From NCBI RefSeq assembly GCF_006345805.1, contig NW_021832271.1, positions 8,753 through 72,752 on the forward strand: a stretch of 64,000 nt of DNA. Direction: 5' to 3'. The notes beneath the pieces were generated by a model, which saw nothing but the letters and a program-made list of their open reading frames with translations, was not told the origin of the DNA and did no database searches. Below, piece by piece: positions 53,432-64,000 of this stretch. Each line of letters starts with the position of its first letter. Within the stretch, counting starts at the first letter, position 1. The position numbers and the translations under genes are program-made. This stretch comes from Octopus sinensis (taxonomy: Eukaryota).

Positions 53432-53475
<44 letters not shown>

Positions 53476-54014
53476 ATCTATCTATCTAGATATGTGTGTG
53501 TGTGTGTCTGTCTGTCTATCTCTCTATCCATCTACATATCTCTCTCTATCTCTCTGTCTATCTCTCTGCCTCTCTCTCTCTCTCTCTCTCTTTCTGTCTA
53601 TCTATCTTGTTCCCAGCTCTACTCTCGCCTGGTTTTTCGGCGCCTGCAAGCTATAAGTTAACAAGCCTCTCATGGAATAGGCTCCAGAAAACTATCACAG
53701 ATAAACATCCTAATTGTTTCAGATCGTTGGTTGCTCTTCATCCAAATCTAGCCTCCTGATAAGCATTATTCCCTTGGCACTTGTTCATAAAAAGTTTCAA
53801 GAATGAAAGAATTGGAACGGCTCCGCACAAACCATACCTACTATAATAATATTCCACGTTAAGATCCTTTAAGAAACCAAGAGACCAGCTCAAAGAACTT
53901 CACGCTTTCTGAATAAATCCAGTGTTGTATACATGCCTCTTGGCTCCGCAGAAATTTTGCGTCTTACAAGAAAGAAGAAGCCTTCGTAAAAGATGGATAT
54001 GGTGCACAGTATAT

Positions 54015-54228
54015 ATTTCTTTACTACCCACAAGAGGGGACAAACAAGGACAGACAAAGGGATTGAGTCGATTACATCCCCCTAGTGCGAAACTGGTACT
54101 TTATTTATTGACCCCGAGAGGATGAAAGGCAAAGTCGACCTCGGCGGAATTTGAACTCAGAACGTAACGACAGACGAAATACGGCTACGCATTTCGCCCG
54201 GCGCGCTAACGTTTCTGCCAGCTCGCCT
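54015..54228 (-). mobile_element. SINE family B, full length
   Basis: Colinear with 9853-10096. Confidence 0.9.
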
Positions 54229-55082
54229 CCACAGTATAGTGACCTCATAGACATCCCTGGTGTCCTTCTACTTTGATTTTTAAATATTTTATGTTGTACT
54301 TTCTTTAATGCCTTTCTTCGAACTATTGACAAACGTCAGACCTTAGAATTTATGGGTGTTGTACCAAGCGATTTCCTTGTCTTTCTTGTTTCGTTTCGTA
54401 TCCTGACTTTTACACATGTTGGTTCTATACATGGGTTCGAACCTTTAGCAAACTGATGGTAATACTCACAATTATTTTGTTTGTTCTACTTGTTGACCTC
54501 ATCCAATAAATTCTATAATGTGAGAAAATGATAATATATTCTTAATTTGCTTCATACGAAACAAGTATACGGTATCACGCTCATGGATATCAAGGTGACT
54601 ATTTCTACATTAACTATCAAAGCGATGCTCTGGAAGTTTGGGTGGATATTTTTTCTTTATTACCCACTAGGGAAAGTTTGGGTGGATATGGTTACTGTTA
54701 TATATCGGGATGGCCAATTTTTTTTTTGCCCAAATAACCACAAACACTATATACTCGTTCTTTACTTCAGCCATGTTATCATTTTTATTTTACTGTCCTT
54801 TTCCTCAAATCTTTTGTCACACATTCTGTGATCTCTTCAGTGCTTCTCCATCGCACGTGTGTCCTCTTGTTTTGCTTAGTTCATTCTAATAAACCTGAAG
54901 AGAACAACGGGTATATAGTGTGTGTGTGTGTGTGTGGTTATTTGGCAAAAGAAAAAAAAATGACCATCCCGATATATGTCGATATCGATTTCAACAAACG
55001 ATTTCATATCAGGAATCTTGCAATAGGTGATAGCAATAGCGTCCTTAAAATGAGAGAACAAATGTTAATTGTCATCTATATT

Positions 55083-55320
55083 TTCTAAAACCATAAAATC
55101 CCATAGGGTATTTGTGTTATCATTTTCGACGATACCTTCAGGTTTGTGTTCGTACAAATTTTTTGCTCTGTCAAGTCCATACTTGTTGCAAAATGTCCAA
55201 TGGACAAGCCTGACAATATTGTCGTGGCGTCTCTTATATACTCCTTCTTGCCTAGTGGCGTACATTGGCTGGTAATATGTCATCTATAATTTCTAGACAA
55301 ATTTTATCAGGTATTTGGGC
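55083..55320 (-). mobile_element. R4/Dong-like ORF fragment (post zinc-knuckle region)
   Basis: VYKRRHDNIVRLVHWTFCNKYGLDRAKNLYEHKPEGIVENDNTNTLWDFM matches the YKRRHD.V...HW.LC.KY...WYEH.PE.V.EN..KILWDF motif. Confidence 0.82.
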
Positions 55321-55350
55321 GAGTATTCGTGGATTACAATAAGGCTTTTG

Positions 55351-55755
55351 TGCATAGGAATGGCTGTATGGTAAGTAGCTTGCTAACCAACCACATGGTT
55401 CCGGGTTCAGTCCCACTGCGTGGCATCTTGGACAAGTGTCTTCTGCTATAGCCCCGGGCCGACCAATGCGTTGTGAGTGGATTTGGTAGACGGAAACTGA
55501 AAGAAGCCTGTCGTATATATGTATATATATATATATGTGTGTGTGTCTGTGTTTGTCCCCCTAACATTGCTTGACAACCGATGCTGGTGTTTTCACGTCC
55601 CCGTCACTTAGCGGTTCGGCAAAAGAGACCGATAGAATAAGTACTGGGCTTACAAAGAATAAGTCCCGGGGTCGATTTGCTCGACTAAAGGCGGTGCTCC
55701 AGCATGGCCGCAGTCAAATGACTGAAACAAGTAAAAGAGTAAAGAGTAAAGAGAG
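55351..55755 (+). mobile_element. SINE family A, full length
   Basis: Complete match. Confidence 0.92.
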
Positions 55756-56244
55756 AATGCTGTAAATGCTTTCCATAGTTTGATACCATGTCGCCTGGGT
55801 AACGGTATTTATTCTTCTATTTCTATCACAGTGTGTATGTCGTGCAAATATATGACTTCATGAAATATATGAGACTCTATTGTAGAATTTAAAATCCTTA
55901 AAAAAAAGAGTCAATGAATAAAAAAAAAAAAATGTGTCGAGAAATATTTGACAACAGAAACTCGAAACGGAAGTGGTTGTATTATGCAGGCTGTATGACA
56001 TTCAGAAAATATAACAACATCGGTCCCAGCACACGGTTTCAATTAATTAATCCTACATAGCAGGTTCAGATGTATACATACATACATGCATGCATACATA
56101 CACACACACGCACGCACACAGGTACATACATATATATATATATGCGTGTGTGTCTAACTTTATGTGCCTTGATGTGTGGTTGTATGTATGCATCAATACA
56201 AGACACAGGCACATGTAATCTCTCTCACCCTCACGCACTCACAC

Positions 56245-56367
56245 TCATACATACATACATACATACATTCATATATACATACACACATACATACATGCAT
56301 ATATACATACATGCATAACTACATACATACATTCATATATACATACACACATACATACATACATATA

Positions 56368-56401
<34 letters not shown>

Positions 56402-56910
56402 CATACATACATACATACATACATACATACATTCATATACATACGCACATACATACATGCATGCATACATACATACATACGTACATACATACATAACTAC
56501 ATGCATACATACATACATACATACATTCATATATACATACACACATACATATATACGTACACATACATACATACACACATACATACGTATATACATATAT
56601 ACACACATACATACATACATACACATACATACATACACACATACAAACATACATACATACATACACACATACATACATACATACATACATACACACATGC
56701 ATACATACACTCATACATACATACATACATACATACATCACATACATACATACACACAGATACATACATACACACACATACATACATGCGTACACATACA
56801 TACATACATACATACGTACCCACATATATACATACATTCATACGTACACGTATATATATATATATATATATATACATACATACATACATACATACATACA
56901 TACATACACG
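56245..56910. repeat. Long (CATA)n/(CA)n microsatellite
   Basis: Directly visible, about 660 bp. Confidence 0.97.
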
Positions 56911-57762
56911 TACACATATCCCTTACACTGGCGACTATTCAATATTTCGCTCACATACAAATGAATCTTCGATCTTTCTGCGATATATATTTATCGTGGC
57001 TAATTCCGTCTATTGATTTTTGACGTGTCTGATACCTAAAACTCGCCGATACCAACGAAACCGAATGTAGAAATGTGGCTTCGTCTGTAAATATATCTGA
57101 GACATTACTAAATATATTCGAAAGACAAGGTCAAATCTCTCAGCATCGCGGATATTTGCCTTAATTAATGGCCTCTATACTTTGTATTAAAATTGCATAG
57201 ATCTTCGATTTAAATTTGCATCACACCTGGGACACATTGTCAAATATTTAGGTGTATCGTTACTAACAGGTAACTAACAAGTACTATCGATTTACGATAA
57301 TATAATATATAAACACAAAAAGAAATAAAAAAAAATATACGTTAACCTGTAACTCGCGCAAACACCTCTTTTATTAGTTAAGAAATGCACATTCGTTAAA
57401 TATCTAATCTTTGCTGGAGGCTTTTCTATGTTCTAAATTTATAATACTGTGATAACTTGTGTGTGGTATATAAAAACAGATGCAAAGGTACACATCTGCC
57501 CGCACAAACAAACTCACACTCACACATACACACACTCACACATACACACACTCACACATACACACACTCACACATACACACACTCACACATACACACACT
57601 CAAGAAAATATACAATTAGATGCGTATAGATGTAGATTATTTTGAATATAAAATTAAGTATTTATACTTGTGTATTAAATATGTCTATCTATGTTTATAT
57701 ACACGTATTTATAAATATACATATACATACATATATGACCATTCCGACTTAAAAATACATAT

Positions 57763-57802
<40 letters not shown>

Positions 57803-58559
57803 ATATATATATCTATATATATTATATATATATAATATATATATTATAATATATATATGTATATATATAGATGTATATATATACATTGGGATTTATCACT
57901 CTACCTATCAACTTACCTGCCTATCTACTTAACTACTTACATAGTTATGTATTAAGCTTTCATCTGTTTATCTAATTATCTATCTATACATACATGCGCA
58001 TTCGCTTATACATACCTGCATACAACACACACACACACATACATACATATATATATGTATACATGCACACCAATCTACACGCATGCACACATCTATATAT
58101 TCAACCACACATGCACAGTCGCAGTCTTCGTTCACAAATTCACATCCGGAAGTGACATAAAACATCAGCCATTATCCGATTTTCTTACACACACATACAT
58201 CCACCCACATACAGACTCACATAGTAAATTACAGCTTTAAATCTTAAATTTGTATTATCTGGAGATTTGGACGTGTTTGCATGGATAATATATTTGCCAA
58301 TTACTAACTTACTCATACTTACATCAAATACGCTGCAAGCGATTTGTAATCTTTCAGGATATACGTCATATATTACTACAAGTCGAGAAGCCGGTAATAG
58401 ATATTAGAATGTTCGGTAATAGATTCCATTTATCAACTGAAAAATAAAGAGAAGGAAAAAAATAGAGCTTGTTCCTACAGAGAAGTGTGGAGTATATTAT
58501 ATTCGATTGAGAAAAAGGAAAATAAACAGGTTGTTATTGGCATTTATTGATAGAGTTTA

Positions 58560-58925
58560 GAGTGATGAAAAGGCGGTTGGATGGAACCTACACTCGCCTA
58601 CTTATGAGAGCTCAAAATCTCTCGTGGAAGCGCCATCCAAACAAAATGCAAATATATGGGAAACTACCACCTGTGTCATCTCTTGTGAAAGGTAGAAGAG
58701 TCCAGTTTGCTGGACATTGTTGTAGAGCTGAAAAAGAAGTAATTTCTACTCTTCTCCTCTGGAAGCCATCTACTCGCAATACCAGAGGGCGCACACTCTC
58801 CTACCCTGATGTAATCTCCAGGGATACAGGCATCCAGCAACAGGACCTCCATAATGCCATGATGGACCGTGAATTCCATTGTCTCAACCACAGTCGAACA
58901 ATGATGATGATGATGATGATGAAAA
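58560..58925 (+). mobile_element. RTE-clade LINE 3' end with (GAT)n tail, 5'-truncated
   Basis: Open frame KRRLDGTYTRLLMRAQNLSWKRHP..IYGKLPPVSSLVKGRRVQFAGHCCRAEKEVISTLLLWKP..RGRTLSYPD..DTG..AMMDR, followed by (GAT)n. Confidence 0.85.
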
Positions 58926-58989
58926 GTGTCACAATTCTCACCCTGGACATTGGTCTCTGAAACTAAATAACCCCTGAACAACCTTTCGT

Positions 58990-59400
58990 CCAATAATAAC
59001 GATTCTCTGTTTTTTTTGGATGTTGGTGTCAGAGAGGCGTAGCATCATCAGCGAAAGCAACTCTGTTCTCTCGCGTAAACACCAATCGGTTTGTCCTCTG
59101 CTTCGCACCAGCCTCTTATCTTTGATTCAGAAGATCAACAACTTATAAGGGAACAGTTTTGAGGGCGACATTACACCACTTCTGTGTAGCATTTCAATAT
59201 CATCTCCAGAAAAATAACTATTCGAGATATCTGACCGCGAATTATTCCAAGAACATGTTTTGGACATGACTAATGAGTATAATCCTCTATGGAACGGAAA
59301 CATATTATAGAATTGTAGCTTCAAATTCGCCTTGATGGTACTCAATTCGGTCTTTAGATGCGGTTTTCAAAGATCTCATGGTATGAGGACAAGGAGCAGG
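58990..59400 (-). mobile_element. Degenerate RTE reverse transcriptase fragment
   Basis: PFHRGLYSLV ... SGVMSPSKLF ... RTELL/FADDA (one-base frameshift) resembles FHDGM / GVKQGCVLAPTLF / RELLFADD. Confidence 0.5.
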
Positions 59401-59688
59401 AGAATGCTTATGAGCACATTGCAATAAGTTCAACTACCATTGCTCATCTCAGAACAGAGTTTGTCTTCTACCGCTATGAAGCCGAACAATAGGCATTATA
59501 TTTGGGAGACATGCGCACCCAAAATAGTTCACGAAAGTCATTTAGTTATATTTATGCAGTTGGTAGATACAACTAGAAATTGAGTGAATATCAAAATCAA
59601 GGCAAGACAGAGATTAGCAAAGTAGCATTTTTAGTCACATCTTGAATGCATTTGATTGAGAAAAAGTTAACAGTAGTATGTGCAAAGT

Positions 59689-59920
59689 TATTTCTTTACT
59701 ACCCACACGGGGCTAAACACAGAGAGGACAAACAAGAACAGATACATGGATTAAGTCGATTACATCGACCCCAGTGCGTAACTGGTACTTACTTTATCGA
59801 CCCCGAAAGAATGAAAGGCAAAGTAGACCTCGGCGGAATTTGAACTCAGAACGTAACGGCAGACGAAATACCACTAAGCTTTTCGCCCGGCGTGCTAACG
59901 ATTCTGCCAGCTCGCCGCCT
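59689..59920 (-). mobile_element. SINE family B, full length
   Basis: Colinear with other B copies. Confidence 0.9.
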
Positions 59921-60266
59921 TGTCAGTATGTGCAAAGTGGTTCCCTAGAGTTTTCTGTGTCGAGTACCTCAGAGGGCCAAAATATTAAAACGTTTGGCCT
60001 TGTCAAAATACAGGTAAAACTAAGGGCAGAGAAAATCATTATAGATTGCCATCCATGAATCCACATCAACATCTGTCTCTCATAATCACGAAATGGACCT
60101 GGAAGAAAGCTGGCTATTAAAACAAGAATGACTCCTTGGTGCAGTGACGGTATAAATCCACCAAAATACGTTACTTGGTAGAAAAGGCACTAACTTAACA
60201 TTTACTAATATTTATGAGATTTCAAAAATCACAATCTAGTATTATCACGTATATGTGTGTGCGCGA

Positions 60267-60307
<41 letters not shown>

Positions 60308-60309
<2 letters not shown>

Positions 60310-60545
60310 CGTAGGAGTGGCTGTTTGGTAATTTGTTTGCTTACCAACCACATTAGTTACGTGTTCAGTCCCACTGTTTGGCACCTTGGGCAGGAGTCTT
60401 TTCCTATACCATCGGGCCGACCAGAGCCTTGTGAATGGATATGGTAGAGTATATTTGGTATGTGTCTGTGTGTGTCTCCCAACATCCCTTGACAACCGAT
60501 GCTGGTGTGTTTAAGTCCCCGTAACATAGCGGTTCAGCAAAGGAT
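60308..60545 (+). mobile_element. SINE family A, internally deleted
   Basis: GGCGTAGGAGTGGCTG head through GACAACCGATGCTGGTGTGTTT. Confidence 0.82.
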
Positions 60546-60639
60546 ACAACGAAACACACGCAGTCACATATTGAAATATATATATATATATATATATATT
60601 ATCTAGTTTCAGCCATGCTGGGGTACCGCCATTTATTAT

Positions 60640-60654
60640 ACATACATACATATA

Positions 60655-60710
<56 letters not shown>

Positions 60711-60742
60711 ATATACATATATGTATGTTATATATATCTATG

Positions 60743-60826
<84 letters not shown>

Positions 60827-60900
60827 GCATATATAAAAATGTATTTATACATACACATGTGAGTATGTATACTTATGTATATATATATATATTATATATT
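60640..60900. repeat. (TA)n microsatellite
   Basis: Directly visible. Confidence 0.95.
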
Positions 60901-61244
60901 TGCACGCATACAAACACACATATATATGTTTATATCAAATGTATGTTAATGTTGGTGCGCTTTTGTATGCATGTGTAAAATGAATGTTCCCTATGCGTGT
61001 ATAACTACGGGTATATAAAACAATTAAATAATAAACAAACTTATCGTTCGCATGTAGGAAATCGAAAAATTTCATGGCCGGACAAGAACATTTCATGTTT
61101 ACATCAGTCATCCAATGAACGGAGATTTACTCAATGAGCGCTAACCTAAGGGAGAAAGGAAAAAAAAAACACAATAGCAAAATTAAAACATTTACGTTCC
61201 GGCACAGACATAAAATCATACGATACACAATACCACACAACACT

Positions 61245-61634
61245 GGAGGCGCAATGGCCCAGTGGTTAGGGAAGTGGACTCGCGGTCATAGGATCGCGGT
61301 TTCGATTCCCAGACCGGGCGTTATGAGTGTTTATTGAGCGAAAACACCTAAAAGCTCCACGAGGCTCCGGCAGGGAACGGTGGTGATCCCTGCTGTACTC
61401 TTTCACCACAACTTTCTCTCACTCTTACTTCCTGATTTCTGTTGTACCTGTATTTCAAGGGGCCGGCCTTGTCACTCTCTGTGTCACGCTGAATATCCCC
61501 GAGAACTACGTTAAGGGTGCACGTGACGTGTCTGTGGAGTGCTCAGCCACTTACACGTTAATTTCACGAGCAGGCTGTTCCGTTGATTCGGATCAACTGG
61601 AACCCTCATCGTCGTAACCGACGGATAGCTTCCA
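61245..61634 (+). mobile_element. SINE family C, full length
   Basis: Reverse complement of 23271-23658 with few differences. Confidence 0.92.
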
Positions 61635-62183
61635 TCCCACCACACATCAATACATTTGGCCTTTCTCAGTATTCTGAGAAATTAATGATTTAAATCGAAT
61701 TTTAAAAAATACACGAATGCCAAGGTCGTGTTTATGCGTCCTTCCCGTGTTGTTTTCAGCGTCAAGATATTCACTTAGCAGACAACATAAAACATCCAAG
61801 GAATACAGGAATAATCCCATTTGCTTTGCAAATATTAGTAAAGAAACGATGAAATGCATGGCTTGAAATCTAAAATAATACATTATTCTAAATGGAAATT
61901 CTTTTTTCGTCTTTTGACATTTACTTCTATATAAAATTCACATTTTATATTCTGTATTAAAATCTTCGGTGAAGGACATAAACAAACTTCACAAATATAT
62001 ATATATATATTTGTTCTTATATTGAAACTGCTATATATTACGAGACATATGCGATCTACACAAAATATGTATACGCACATGCGTGTACATATACATATAA
62101 AGATATATATGTATATATATATATACATACATGTATATATATATTTGTATCGTCATTTTGGGGTTTAAACACACACACATACA

Positions 62184-62240
<57 letters not shown>

Positions 62241-63399
62241 TGTAATTTTTTTTTGCTGCTTATCTTCTAACGGATAACAATGTTTCTTGAGTTACTTTTC
62301 TCTGCCTTCTTTTTATCGCAGGAATCGCTACTCATTCCTCTAATGTAATGCTCGTTATCAAGAGTAAAAATATGTTTTAATGCATTTCTAACGCATAAAT
62401 AAAACATTCTTATCGCGCTCCATTGCATTATATATATATATATATATATTTCTTTTTGCAAAGCAGCAAACGTGTAATTCATTTTGAAATCTTAACTACT
62501 GTTATCTAAATCCCTCATAAGAAACTGAAAACACAACAAACAAAAATCAACAATGAAACGAAAATAATATCAGTTGAGTGTTTACCAACTCGGAGCTTTC
62601 TACTATTCTCAAAACATCTTACATATATATGGTTTTACTTTTGAATTTAATAGATATTATGCTATTATTAAATCATTTCATATTTGTTTATGTCCTCGTG
62701 TTCTTGAAGCGCTCGATTTTTTTTCTTATCAATATAATTTAGTTAAATCATTTTAGCTTACGTATATTTCCAAACGCGTTCATTATGGCGAATATTAATT
62801 TTATTTGAAGAAGCATTTAGATGTTTTTTCTTCCATTTTCCCATGTTTTCGTTGATTTCGGCTTCTAGTCATTTTGTGCTATCTTAATACTACCACTTTT
62901 TGTGCTACTACTACGTAATGAACCCACGTCTCTGTATATTTATGCTTGGAACTAACGCTGGATTTTTATATGATCCACTTCAAAATTAAGTTAATATATC
63001 AAAAGTATGTTTGCCATTTTAAGAAACGTAATGAAATACAACAGATGTCTCTGTAGTTCAAGCAAAAATTGCTTGTTTACGAAATCTGTTTGGTAGACTC
63101 GTAGTTCCCATTTTGAATGATTTCAATGCGTGGCAACTGTCTACGATGTGGGATGATTAATGCCTTATGAATGGAGAAAAATTTGCACGACACCTTTGTG
63201 GAAAAGCCTTCTCTCCTTCTTATAGTTATTCACTTTCGGTTTCTTTACACTCACTGTTTTCCATTCGTATCTTGTATTTTCCTACGGAAAAAAAAAACAA
63301 TCTATTTCCTAAATGCAACTCTTCCATCGTATCGTACTTTCGAGAGGCAACATCAAGCAAATCTGATCTCTATGCAGTAATTAGTTACTTCATCATTAA

Positions 63400-64000
63400 A
63401 CAAGCTGCGTTTTCCAGTGCCGGTGACGTTGACCACTCCACATTTACACTTCACTGCACCATTGACGTGATTCTTCTAACTTTCTCTCGCATCTTCTGCT
63501 TTGAAACGCCAGCAAATCACTTTCCAGTAACCTCCTGTTTCTTCTCATTCCTAAAACCTTCTTTCTTCCTTTGTGCGTACCTGTGACTTCAATAACCACT
63601 TCGTTCGAAGACCCTACTCCTCCAGCTTTATCTTCCACCCATATCTATCTCTGAAACCAACTGCAGTTTACGCTGCCAGAATTATCCTTTTACACCCGGC
63701 ACCACAGTTCTAAAGGGAAGCAACAACAACACCTATGGAGACGCTTTATGACGTTGTTACCCCAGGAACGTTATATATCCGCGACGTTCTACTGTCCGCG
63801 AGGCTCGTCATATCGCAGAAGGTCGACAGCATATTTGCAGGACAGACACTTAAGAAACTTCCGAATTGGCAACGAATCGTCTGTCGCTCGATATTATTGT
63901 TCCAAATCTGCCCATTCAGAATTGACGCCGGAATCAATGAAAATAGAATGCCAGAAGTTATGTTGTTCACCGATCTAACATTCTTCAAGTTGGTGACAAT
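63400..64000 (+). mobile_element. Possible degenerate RTE LINE C-terminal region, running off the window
   Basis: Open frame ETLYDVVTPGTLY...TLKKLPNWQRIV...INENRMPEVMLFTDL weakly parallels VY.A.V..TLLY / LR.LL.I.WQD / RM...R.PK..L..EL. Confidence 0.4.

Noticed and set aside
53640-54000. Possible GIY-YIG remnant (SFKKPRD..NKSSVVY)
   Set aside because: Only a short motif; the following Cys and YIG residues are not recoverable.
61245-61320. tRNA gene (A and B boxes present); likewise the other SINE heads
   Set aside because: No acceptor stem or CCA-end structure; continues into a multi-copy SINE body, and one copy has a TSD.

Overview
AT-rich animal genomic DNA with no recognisable host protein-coding exon, rRNA, true tRNA gene or CRISPR array. 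The window reads as intergenic or a large intron. The SINE families and extreme (TA)n/(CA)n/(TATG)n density resemble octopus (coleoid cephalopod) DNA; this is inference from recalled repeat families, not a database result. Nearly all listed ORFs are microsatellite translation artefacts. Supportable content: three tRNA-derived SINE families (here called A, B, C); three non-autonomous Helitrons with exact TC...hairpin-CTAG ends; fossils of RTE, CR1/L2-like, R4/Dong-like and Hero-like non-LTR retrotransposons; a DD41D Tc1/mariner fossil; a probable Gypsy fossil; MITEs; two long palindromes; and a 37-bp minisatellite. The most interesting signal is a set of hammerhead-ribozyme-like motifs. One (8295-8377, minus strand) has an intact catalytic core. 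Several lie in short elements bounded by direct repeats, often next to (TA)n tracts, as expected for Penelope-derived or retrozyme-like non-autonomous elements. All alignments and folds were done by eye.
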